A stretch of 29,202 bases of DNA. Source: Deferrisomatales bacterium (GTDB taxonomy: Bacteria > Desulfobacterota > Deferrisomatia > Deferrisomatales > JACRMM01). Under the pieces are notes generated by a model that was not told the origin of the DNA, did not search any database, and worked only from the letters and a program-made list of their open reading frames with translations. Every line of letters starts with the position of its first letter. Within the stretch, counting starts at the first letter, position 1. Both the position numbers and the translations under genes were made by a program. This document shows, in pieces, positions 1 to 8,307 of the stretch. The stretch spans positions 1-29,202 of the forward strand of contig JAWSUI010000045.1 in the NCBI GenBank assembly GCA_033551855.1. The letters run 5' to 3'.

Positions 1-51
1 CCCGTCCGTCCGTCCTCGGTTTCCCGCCTCTCAACCAATGAACCCAATGAA

Positions 52-135
52 CCGTCCCCCGTCCCCCGTCTTCGGTCCTCCGTCCTCCGCCTGCCGTCCT
101 CCGTCCTCGGTCAACGGTCGTCTGTCACTTGTCAA
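52..135. repeat. Tandem heptanucleotide array, 12 degenerate units, consensus CCGTCCT grading into YKGTCAA
   Basis: Units read in exact 7-nt register: ccgtccc ccgtccc ccgtctt cggtcct ccgtcct ccgcctg ccgtcct ccgtcct cggtcaa cggtcgt ctgtcac ttgtcaa. Related ccgt repeats occur at 1-17 and a duplicated 9-mer (a/c)ccaatgaa at 34-51. Confidence 0.85.
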
Positions 136-151
136 CGGGGTACGCGTCGCT

Positions 152-483
152 CGGCTGCCCGCCGAGGAGATTCGCCGGCGGTTCCTGCTCCACGTCCTGC
201 CCGACGGATTCCAGCGCGTCCGCCACTATGGCTTTCTTTCCAACCGCGCCAAGAACCACGCGCTGCCCCGGTGCCGCGCCCTGCTGGGGACGGCGCCCGC
301 TCCTACGCCGCCCTACTCCCCAGCCGGGGCCTCCTCCCAGGAAACCATCCTTGCGCTCACCGGCGTGGACACCCACCGCTGTCCGGCGTGCGGGAGCCCA
401 ACGTTTGCACGGGTCGGCCTGTTCGCCTTGGAACGGGTTTTGCTCCGATCCGCGGCCCTCCCGCACACCGGGAGGTCCGGTGA
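152..483 (+). pseudogene. IS91-family (Y2 HUH rolling-circle) transposase, C-terminal remnant
   Basis: The frame of ORF 38..877 reads EEIRRRFLLHVLPDGFQRVRHYGFLSNR...LTGVDTHRCPACG, the characteristic C-terminal RFLLHVLP..F.R.RHYG.L.N and CPxC motifs of Y2_Tnp proteins. The N-terminal HUH and tyrosine part is absent and replaced by the heptamer array. Boundaries are approximate. Confidence 0.8.
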
Positions 484-754
484 TGTGTGGCCTACCCCAA
501 CGGCGCCCTCGATCGACGCTCCAGGGAAGGTCTGGCATTCGGGTGAGAAACGAGGTAGAAACGCCCCAAAAGGGGGTGCCCGTGCGATCCAACTCCCGCG
601 AGGTTTCGAACTCGACCTGTCCAGCGAGGACGCAGACCGTCGTCCCACACACCACTTTGCGTCCCAACCTTCTCCCCTGGGTCCCCCCGCCCGCGAAACC
701 AAACCCCATAGAAGATCAACGACCGGCGTCGAGCCGCGCCGGCCACGCGGCTTC

Positions 755-879
755 GTTCAACAGGTTGTATCCGGAATGCCGGCCCTCTCCGCCCCGGACC
801 TGACCGCGGCCCCGAACCGTGGCCGGCGTCCTGTGGATTCCCGTTGCCGGCACTCCGGATACAACCCTATCCGTTAAAC
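755..879 (+). other. attC-like hairpin at the end of the IS91-like element
   Basis: GTTCAAC (RYYYAAC, 755-761) and GTTAAAC (GTTRRRY, 873-879) enclose a 21-bp inverted repeat, 763-783 with 846-866, that has 20/21 pairing. Spacers are asymmetric (1 nt vs 6 nt), so this is not a canonical attC. Confidence 0.6.
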
Positions 880-904
880 GTATCAATACACAGAAGGAAA
901 ACTT

Positions 905-1030
905 ATGGCTCTAATTGAATGTCACGAATGCGGCAAAGAAATTTCAGAGGCGGTAAACGAGGCGCTCCGGCTCGTTATCGAGCTCGCCAAGGTTCCTCGT
1001 TCGGACAAGAAGGGGAGCGCAAGAGACTGA
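905..1030 (+). pseudogene. Cassette-like chimeric mini-ORF, 41 aa (half zinc ribbon plus an unrelated C-terminal helix)
   Basis: An SD-like AAGGA lies at 894-898. The ORF translates to MALIECHECGKEISEAVNEALRLVIELAKVPRSDKKGSARD*. The 5' part is AT-rich and contains only the first CxxC knuckle of a MALIxCxECGKEIS zinc ribbon. Confidence 0.6.
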
Positions 1031-1055
1031 ATGAAGCGCACCGCCAGGGGAAACA

Positions 1056-1130
1056 CAGATGGCGTCCGCACCGGAGTTGCGGCGGGTCGGGGAGGAGGTG
1101 GAGAAGGGGTTGGGGGTGTCGCAAGCGTAG
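1056..1130 (+). pseudogene. Remnant of the 3' end of a paralogous RAYT transposase gene
   Basis: Ungapped 63/75 nt match to 2621-2695, including the TAG. Translation QMASAPELRRVGEEVEKGLGVSQA* compares with QMSSAPELRRVVEEVVRGLGLSQV*. Confidence 0.85.
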
Positions 1131-1166
1131 CTTCGCGGGCCGGCCCGGCGGCCCGACGAACGGGAG

Positions 1167-1233
1167 CAGTAGACATGGCCGTCTTCACCCCCGCAGTGGC
1201 GGGGCGGGATGTCTACTGGGAAGACCTGACCCC
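1167..1233. repeat. REP/REPIN-like remnant carrying the RAYT terminal motif
   Basis: A perfect 10-bp inverted repeat, cagtagacat (1167-1176) with atgtctactg (1209-1218), is followed by agacctgacccc (1222-1233). That 12-mer is identical to the one in the right repeat of the RAYT (2694-2705). Confidence 0.6.
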
Positions 1234-1289
1234 TCCGCTCCTGACCGCCGCCGACCTGTGGCCGCCGGGGACCGCAGATCCAGGGGTTT

Positions 1290-1442
1290 CACAGGGCGCT
1301 TACAAAGCTCGCAGAGATCGGAGAGCATTTCCACGTCGGCGGGCCTCAGGTCACCGCGCCGAGGGGCCGGGTGTGGTCGGCATCGGACCATCGCGAGGAG
1401 CCGGGACGTCAGACGAAGGGCCTCGCACGGGGCCTGAATCTA
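1290..1442 (+). pseudogene. Older decayed copy of the RAYT C-terminal HTH region
   Basis: KLAEIGEHFHVGGPQVTAPRGRV...RGLNL aligns without gaps to PLREIGERFGVGASGVSQASRRV...RGLGL of the 1748..2695 protein (17/46 identical by manual count). There is no start codon or upstream domain. Confidence 0.6.
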
Positions 1443-1489
1443 CACTCCCTACGGCAACACAATGAATGCAAACGCAAAGGAGGCATCCA

Positions 1490-1603
1490 ATGGGAGACAA
1501 GGGTGGAAAGAAGGATAAGGACAAGGGTCGGAAACAGAAAATAGCTAAGAAGGAGCAAGAGGATAAGAAGAAGAAGGACAAGCAACCGAAGAAGTCTCCC
1601 TGA
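1490..1603 (+). CDS. Small highly basic Lys-rich protein, 37 aa (MGDKGGKKDKDKGRKQKIAKKEQEDKKKKDKQPKKSP)
   Basis: A strong SD (AAAGGAGG, 1476-1483) lies 6 nt before the ATG. The frame is clean to TGA and is followed by a hairpin. It is shorter than any ORF in the supplied track. Confidence 0.65.
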   Translation: MGDKGGKKDKDKGRKQKIAKKEQEDKKKKDKQPKKSP

Positions 1604-1604
1604 G

Positions 1605-1642
1605 AGGAATCAGGATTCCGGCACCGGAAGGAACTGATTTCT
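1605..1642 (+). terminator. Hairpin after the small basic ORF, possible terminator or stabiliser
   Basis: Outer stem aggaatcag/ctgatttct and inner stem ttccg-gcac-cggaa. There is no strong U tract. Confidence 0.35.
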
Positions 1643-1656
1643 GGCGAGGACGGAGG

Positions 1657-2711
1657 GCAATGGGGTCAGGTCTACACTTCTGACAATCCAAGGGGAAGTG
1701 CCTGCCGGAACATCGGGCTCTGAAGAGGACCGACGGGGGAGGGGAAGATGGCACGGCCGTTGCGGATCGAGTACCCGGGGGCGTTCTACCACGTGACGTC
1801 GCGTGGGAACGAGCGCAAAGAGATCTTTCGTAGCCGTCGGGATCGGGTGAAGTTTCTGGAGTACCTGGAGTCGGCTACGGTGCGCTACGGGTTTGCCGTC
1901 CACGCGTACTGCCTGATGACGAACCACTACCATCTGCTCGTCGAGACGCCGGAGGGGAACCTTGCCCAGGGGATGCGGCACGTCAACGGGGCGTACACGA
2001 CGTACTTCAACGTCAAGCGCCAGCGATCTGGGCATCTGCTGCAGGGTCGCTACAAGGCCATCCTGGTGGAGAAGGACGAGTACGCGGAGGAGCTCTCGCG
2101 CTACATCCACCTGAATCCCGTGCGGGCGGGGGCCGCGAGGAACCCAGAAGGCTACCCCTGGTCGAGCTACGCGGCCTACGTGGGGTTGGTGCCGGCGCCG
2201 CCGTGGCTCCGACAGGAGTTGGTGTTGTCTGCCTTCGGGCGCGCCCAGGCCTCTGCGCAGGAGAAGTACCGGGAGTTCGTGGAAGCCGGCGTGGTTAGGC
2301 AGCTCGAAAACCCGCTGGAGAGAGTGGTGGCCTCCACGGTGCTCGGCGGCGCGGGGTTCGTGGAGTGGGTACGGGAGCGGTTCGTGGCCGCGAAGCCGGC
2401 GGATCGCGAAGTGCCGGCGTCGCGCGCCCTGGGCCGGAGGCCGTCGCTGGAGGGGATCGAGAAGGACGTTTCCGGGCGCCTGGGCGACGACCACCGAGCG
2501 GCCCGACGGCTGGCGCTCTACGTGAGTCACCGATACAGCGGGCTCCCGCTGCGGGAGATCGGCGAGCGCTTCGGGGTGGGCGCGTCGGGGGTCAGTCAGG
2601 CGAGCCGGCGGGTCGAGGCGCAGATGTCGTCTGCGCCCGAGTTGCGGCGGGTCGTGGAAGAGGTGGTAAGGGGGTTGGGGTTGTCACAAGTGTAGACCTG
2701 ACCCCGATTGC
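1657..2711 (+). mobile_element. RAYT-type element bounded by ~30-bp inverted repeats
   Basis: The left end gcaat-ggggtcaggtctacacttctgacaa (1657-1686) matches the reverse complement of the right end (2681-2711), gcaatcggggtcaggtctacacttgtgacaa, with one mismatch and one indel. The repeats enclose a single transposase gene. No target duplication is visible. Confidence 0.85.
1748..2695 (+). CDS. REP-associated tyrosine transposase-like Y1 HUH transposase with C-terminal DnaA_C/TrpR-like HTH
   Basis: Motifs include MARPLRIEYPGAFYHVTSRGN, YCLMTNHYHLL (HUH), SGHLLQGRYKAILVE, YIHLNPVRAG and YPWSSY. The C-terminal LREIGERFGVGASGVSQ is HTH-like. An SD GGAGGGG lies upstream. Confidence 0.92.
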   Translation: MARPLRIEYPGAFYHVTSRGNERKEIFRSRRDRVKFLEYLESATVRYGFAVHAYCLMTNHYHLLVETPEGNLAQGMRHVNGAYTTYFNVKRQRSGHLLQGRYKAILVEKDEYAEELSRYIHLNPVRAGAARNPEGYPWSSYAAYVGLVPAPPWLRQELVLSAFGRAQASAQEKYREFVEAGVVRQLENPLERVVASTVLGGAGFVEWVRERFVAAKPADREVPASRALGRRPSLEGIEKDVSGRLGDDHRAARRLALYVSHRYSGLPLREIGERFGVGASGVSQASRRVEAQMSSAPELRRVVEEVVRGLGLSQV

Positions 2712-2723
2712 GGGGCGACCCGG

Positions 2724-4709
2724 TCACCGCTTCGACTCCAGCTCCTCCCACCGCACCAGCAGGGCGCCCAACCGGCCCTCGAGGTGGGCGAGCTCCTGCG
2801 CCAGTTCCTGGAGGTGATCGCGGCCGCCGTGCAGCCGGGACGGGTCGGCGAGCAGGGCCTCCACCTCTGTCTTTCTCGTCTCCAGCTGCTCCACTTCGGC
2901 CTCCACCTCCTCCAGCTCTCGTCGTTCGCGGTACGTGAGGCCCGCCTGGGGTTTGGGGCCTCTCTCCTTCTCGACCCTCGGCGGGCTCTCTCGGGCGAGC
3001 GGCGCCTCGGCTTCCCGAGCGGGTTGCTGCCGCTGCGCCCGGAGGCGCGCGAAGGTCTCGTAGTTCCCCTCGTAGAAGACGACCTGGGCGTCCCCCTCGA
3101 AGTGCAGGATGCCCGTGGCCACCCGGTCCAGGAAGTAGCGGTCGTGGGTGACCAGCAGCACGCAGCCCGGGAACTCGGCCAGGGTCTCGTCCAGGACCTG
3201 CAGGGTGGGGATGTCGAGGTCGTTGGTGGGCTCGTCCAGCACCAAGACGTTCGCCCCGACCAGGAGCAGCTTGGCCAGCAGGAGCCGCGCCCGCTCGCCC
3301 CCGGAGAGAGTGGACACGGGCTTTCGCTGGTCCTCCCGGGAGAACAGGAAGTCCTCCAGGTATCCGACCTTGTGGCGCTTCTGCTCGCCGGGTCCCGGCA
3401 GGGCGACCCACTCCCCTTCCCCCAGGTTCTCCGCCACGCTGGTCTCCTCGACGAGGCCGCTGCGCGTCTGGTCGAGATAGGCCACCCGGGTGTTCGTGCC
3501 GAGGGCCACCTGCCCCGCGGCGGGCGGGACCTCTCCGATGAGGGCGCGGAGCAGGCTCGTCTTTCCGCAGCCGTTGGGTCCGAGGATGCCGACCCGGTCC
3601 CCCCTGCGCAGGGTGAAGTCCAGGTCCCGAACGAGCACGGCCCCGCCCGCCTCCACAGCCAGCCCCCGGGCCTCCATTACGGTGCTTCCGAGGCGCGGGG
3701 CACCGCCGGAGGCGACGGTCATCCCCCGTGGGGACCCCGACCGGTCCCCGGAGGCCTTCCGGCCCCTCAGGTCCTCCACCCGGTCGATCCGCGCCTTCTG
3801 TTTGGTGGTGCGGGCCTTGGCGCCCCGCGCGAGCCAGGCTTCCTCCCGCCGCAGCAGGTTGAGGAGCCTCGCCTGGGACGCCTCGTCCCGGGCCAGGAGC
3901 TCCGCCTTCTGGGCCAGGTAGGCCGAGTATCCCCCCGGGTAGGCGGTCAGGCGGCCGCCCTCGAGCTCGAACATCCGAGACGCCACGCGGTCCAGGAAAT
4001 AGCGGTCGTGGGTCACCAGGAGGACCGCTCCCGCGTAGGTCCTCAGGTGGTCCTCGAGCCACTCCACCGTCTCGGTGTCCAACTGGTTGGTGGGCTCGTC
4101 CAGGAGGAGCACGTCCGGGCGGCCCAGGAGCGCCCCGGCCAGGGCCACCCGCTGGCTCCAGCCCCCGGAGAGGGATCCCACCGGGGCCTCCGGGTCCGGG
4201 ATTCCGAAGCGGGTGCAGAGCTCCTCGACCCGGTGGTCGATGTTCCAGGCGCCCTGGTGGTCCAGCCAGGCGTGGACCTCCTCCTGCTCGGCCAGGAGGC
4301 GGCCCGCCTCCGCCCCCGTCGCCGTCCCGAGCTCCAGGGAAATCGCCCGGTGCCGGCAAAGCCGCTCCCGCGCCTCCCCCAGGTGGGACTCCAGCGCCTG
4401 CCGCACCGTGGCCCGGGGGTCGAGCCGGGGCCGCTGGGGGAGGTGGGCCAGGCTCAGCCCCCTCCGGGTGACGATCCGGCCGCCGTCCGGTTCCTCCTCG
4501 CCGGCGAGCAGGCGGAACAGGGTGGACTTGCCGCAGCCGTTGCGGCCCACGACCCCCACCTTCTCGGTCTCTCCCAAGGCGAAGGAGACGCCGTCCAGCA
4601 CGGGGGTCGAGCCGTAGCTCTTCGAAAGGCCCGCGACGTCGAGGACGTTGGCCGGCGGGCCGGAGGAAGGGGGAGGCACCGGGGGCGGCCCACCGTGGGG
4701 GCGACGCAA
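2724..4709 (-). CDS. uup: ABC-F family ATPase, Uup-like
   Basis: Two ABC cassettes (GRNGCGKST/LSGGW/LLLDEPTN and GPNGCGKTS/LSGGE/LVLDEPTND), the linker EEAWLARGAKARTTKQKARI and a C-terminal coiled coil LTYRERRELEEVE. No TM segments. The start may be TTG 4709 or GTG 4679. Confidence 0.9.
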   Translation of the reverse strand: MRRPHGGPPPVPPPSSGPPANVLDVAGLSKSYGSTPVLDGVSFALGETEKVGVVGRNGCGKSTLFRLLAGEEEPDGGRIVTRRGLSLAHLPQRPRLDPRATVRQALESHLGEARERLCRHRAISLELGTATGAEAGRLLAEQEEVHAWLDHQGAWNIDHRVEELCTRFGIPDPEAPVGSLSGGWSQRVALAGALLGRPDVLLLDEPTNQLDTETVEWLEDHLRTYAGAVLLVTHDRYFLDRVASRMFELEGGRLTAYPGGYSAYLAQKAELLARDEASQARLLNLLRREEAWLARGAKARTTKQKARIDRVEDLRGRKASGDRSGSPRGMTVASGGAPRLGSTVMEARGLAVEAGGAVLVRDLDFTLRRGDRVGILGPNGCGKTSLLRALIGEVPPAAGQVALGTNTRVAYLDQTRSGLVEETSVAENLGEGEWVALPGPGEQKRHKVGYLEDFLFSREDQRKPVSTLSGGERARLLLAKLLLVGANVLVLDEPTNDLDIPTLQVLDETLAEFPGCVLLVTHDRYFLDRVATGILHFEGDAQVVFYEGNYETFARLRAQRQQPAREAEAPLARESPPRVEKERGPKPQAGLTYRERRELEEVEAEVEQLETRKTEVEALLADPSRLHGGRDHLQELAQELAHLEGRLGALLVRWEELESKR

Positions 4710-4718
4710 GCGCCGCTC

Positions 4719-5789
<1,071 letters not shown>

Positions 5790-5871
5790 GGGCTTCCTGG
5801 GGAAGGGACGGGGGGACTCGCTCGGGTGAGGGGGATGATACCGCAGGGGGAGGGGACGAAGGCAAATGCGT

Positions 5872-6540
5872 TCACCCGGCTCGGCCCGAGGCAAGGCGGT
5901 GGGCGGTGCGCGTCGTCTCGGGCAGGCGGTACCGGGTGGTGCAAGCGAGAGTGACCCGGATCGACGTCTCCAGGCCGACCCGGTGCCCACAGGAGACGTA
6001 GACCGGCTTCACCCCCGCGCGGGTGCGCAGGGCGGCCCCTATGGTCTCCCCCCGGTCCAGCAGCGGGGTCCAGGCCCCCTTGACGTCCGGCGGCTCGTCG
6101 TGGCGCCCGACGAGGCGGGTCTTCGCGACCCCGATGGTCGGCAGGTCGAGGAGCAGCCCCAGGTGGCTGGCGATGCCGAAGCGGCGCGGGTGTGCGACCC
6201 CCTGGCCGTCACAGAGGATGAGGTCCGGGGGGGTCTCGAGGCGGGCCAGGGCCTCGAGCACGGCGGGCAACTCCCGGAACGAGAGCAGGCCCGGCACGTA
6301 CGGGAACTGCGGAGGCCGGCGCGCCAGGGCGGTTTCCGCCGGCTCCAGTCCGGGGAAGGTGAGCACGGCGACGGCCGCCCGGGTCATGCGACCGCCCTCC
6401 TCGTACCCCACGTCCACCCCGGCCACGCGCCGGAGGGCGGGCAGCCGGTCGGCGAGCTCCACCTGCCGACGCAGCCCCTCCTGCAGCGCCACCGCCTCGG
6501 CGGGCGTGAGGTTCCAGGGGTGCTCTCGCGCGGTCCTCAT
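5872..6540 (-). CDS. nfi: Endonuclease V (deoxyinosine 3' endonuclease)
   Basis: Motifs [51 protein letters not shown] and RLPETTR. Confidence 0.95.
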   Translation of the reverse strand: MRTAREHPWNLTPAEAVALQEGLRRQVELADRLPALRRVAGVDVGYEEGGRMTRAAVAVLTFPGLEPAETALARRPPQFPYVPGLLSFRELPAVLEALARLETPPDLILCDGQGVAHPRRFGIASHLGLLLDLPTIGVAKTRLVGRHDEPPDVKGAWTPLLDRGETIGAALRTRAGVKPVYVSCGHRVGLETSIRVTLACTTRYRLPETTRTAHRLASGRAG

Positions 6541-6601
6541 GGGGAGCCGTTCTCGCGCTTCCCGGGCATCCCCGCGCGGCGGCGCGGGGACCTCGGGCGG
6601 C

Positions 6602-7072
6602 TCACCCTCCCTTGAGGTAGCGAAGCACCTCCTGGGGATGGCTCTCGGCCTTTTTCACCTGGGGCCAGTGCTTGCGGACGACGCCGTCCGGGCCGACGAG
6701 CACCGTGGAGCGGATCGCCCCCGTCACCTTCTTGCCGTACAGGGTCTTCTCGCCGAAGGCCCCGTAGGCGGTCATCACCCGGGCGTCCGGGTCGGAGAGG
6801 AGCACGAAGGGCAGGCCGAGCTTCGCGGCGAACCCGTCGTGGGAGGCCGTGGAGTCCCGGCTCACCCCCAGGACCACGGCGTCGAGCCCCTGGAGCTCCC
6901 CGTGGAGGTCCCGGAAGGCGCACGCCTCCTTGGTGCAGCCGGGTGTGTTGTCCTTCGGGTAGAAGTAGAGAATCACGGTCCTCCCGCGGTAGTCGCCGAG
7001 GGAGTGCTCCCTCCCTTCGCTGCCCTTCAGGGTGAAGTCGGGCGCCGTCTGCCCTTCCATGTTCTTCGCCAT
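6602..7072 (-). CDS. bcp: Thioredoxin-dependent peroxiredoxin BCP/PrxQ
   Basis: Active-site motif [17 protein letters not shown], plus VLGVSRD and LLSDPD. SD GGGAGG upstream. Confidence 0.93.
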   Translation of the reverse strand: MAKNMEGQTAPDFTLKGSEGREHSLGDYRGRTVILYFYPKDNTPGCTKEACAFRDLHGELQGLDAVVLGVSRDSTASHDGFAAKLGLPFVLLSDPDARVMTAYGAFGEKTLYGKKVTGAIRSTVLVGPDGVVRKHWPQVKKAESHPQEVLRYLKGG

Positions 7073-7093
7073 GTCGCTTTCCTCCCGGCCGCG

Positions 7094-7121
7094 AGCCTAC
7101 CAGGGCCGTCTCCGGCTGCAA
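7094..7121 (-). promoter_or_regulatory. Putative sigma70 promoter for the bcp-nfi cluster
   Basis: Minus strand TTGCAG-N16-TAGGCT with an extended TG, just upstream of the bcp SD. Confidence 0.3.
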
Positions 7122-7338
7122 GGGTAAGGCGCCTTCCGGCAGCGCGGTGGGCACGTGCCGGATGGATCGCGGCTCCCGGCCTCCCCTGCCCGTGAGAGCG
7201 CCCTCCCGGGTGCGACCCGGGCCGCAGGCCCGCCGGGGCACGAACCCGTCGCGGGCAGGCGTCCCCTCCCCCGCAGGGGGCCTCCGCGCGCCGGTCGTCC
7301 CCGGCTTCGAAGACGTGCCGGCCGCGGGATCGCAGTCT

Positions 7339-7546
7339 CCCAGAAACCACCGTCACATGTTCGGGCGGGGCCGGGGAGCCGTGGAGCGCAGCCCCGTACC
7401 GCCTCGACCGATGGGCCAAGTCCGCAGAAACGGGTGAAGCGGGGGCGTACCCGCTTCCTCCCCACGCCTCGTCCGAATATCGCGGATTGCGGGGCAAAGC
7501 GGAGGGGCTCCCCGACCCCGAGCACCTGCCAGGTGGCGGATCCAGG
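7339..7546 (+). repeat. Dispersed ~210-nt hairpin repeat, copy A (full length)
   Basis: About 90% identical by eye to 16204-16411. Arms are cggggccggggagcc and ggctccccgaccccg, with a central hairpin gaagcggg..cccgcttc. Confidence 0.9.
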
Positions 7547-7559
7547 TCTCCCGATCGCC

Positions 7560-7589
7560 TTGACACCTGGGGAGCGGCGCGCGTACAAG
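7560..7589 (+). promoter_or_regulatory. Putative sigma70 promoter for the decarboxylase gamma and beta genes
   Basis: Perfect TTGACA (7560-7565), N18, TACAAG (7584-7589). Confidence 0.4.
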
Positions 7590-7723
7590 GAATGGGGTTC
7601 CGGCCGGGAAAGGCGGCGGTTCGGTCCGCCCCCTGTCGGGGGGGCGCGCCGTGTCCTGCAGGGGCCCTCGCTGACCTTCTCGCACCCGGACAGTCTGCGT
7701 CTGCACGCCACGGGGTGACCTCG

Positions 7724-8215
7724 ATGCACCCGAGTTTCGACGAAGCCCTGCTCGCTCTGGTGATCGGTATGGGCGGCGTGATGGCCTTCCTGACCGTGCT
7801 CACCCTCGTCACGGCCATGATCACCCGGGTATGGCGGGAGCCGGGTGCCCCCGGCCCCGGCCCGGCAGGCGGCGGGGCGGGGCGGGCGCCGAAGCCTCCC
7901 GCCCTGTCCCCGGCCCCGGCGGTTCCCCCTGCGGGCGAGGGGGAGGTCGCTCCCCGTGCGCCGGAGGCATCACCCTCCCCCGAAGGGGAAGCTGTGGCGG
8001 CCGCCGTGGCCGTGGCGCTGCACCTGCGCGGCCTGTCGTCCGGACCGGGCCCGGAGGTGGCCGCGGCCATCGCCACGGCGCTGGCGCTCCACCGGTCCCT
8101 CACCGCCGTGCCCGCCCCCGAATCGGGCTCCCGCGGGTCTCCCTGGAGGCTCGCCGGCAGTCTCGAATCCATGGGCGGGCGCTCCCCGCGCAGGGGCAGG
8201 GCCGCCTCTCGATGA
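7724..8215 (+). CDS. oadG: Na+-translocating decarboxylase gamma/delta subunit (OadG family)
   Basis: Single N-terminal TM ([22 protein letters not shown]), an Ala/Pro linker, the [10 protein letters not shown] motif and C-terminal SPWRLAG. It lies directly upstream of the beta subunit. Confidence 0.8.
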   Translation: MHPSFDEALLALVIGMGGVMAFLTVLTLVTAMITRVWREPGAPGPGPAGGGAGRAPKPPALSPAPAVPPAGEGEVAPRAPEASPSPEGEAVAAAVAVALHLRGLSSGPGPEVAAAIATALALHRSLTAVPAPESGSRGSPWRLAGSLESMGGRSPRRGRAASR

Positions 8216-8307
8216 GCGGGCCGGCTCCGGCCTCGATGAGGATCCCCCCCCGCCGTTTCCGCGTTCACGCGGGCCGCCGCGCCCCTGTGCTTGCCGAAGG
8301 AACCCCC

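Noticed and set aside
38..877. 279-aa ORF as an intact gene
   Set aside because: It is a read-through of translated heptamer repeats, a transposase fragment and non-coding element-end DNA. Only the central part resembles a protein family.
919..1465. ORFs 919..1437 and 1031..1465 as genes
   Set aside because: They cross several unrelated relics whose meaningful reading frames differ, and they have no recognisable motifs.
2588..2595. Extra GGGGTCAG motifs (also 21939-21946) as additional RAYT ends
   Set aside because: These are only 8-nt matches, expected by chance at this GC content, and they do not extend into GTCTACAC.
7376..7406. GAGCCG...CGTAC resemblance to group II intron domain V
   Set aside because: The DV stem geometry, GNRA loop and closing CGGTTC are not present. 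There is no domain VI and no RT gene.
7487..8307. Long N-terminal extensions in the ORF track (7487 for oadG and 7831 for oadB; similarly 5990, 10243, 12799, 20703)
   Set aside because: They run through repeats or neighbouring genes. Downstream starts with SD sequences or stop/start overlaps fit the family N-termini better.
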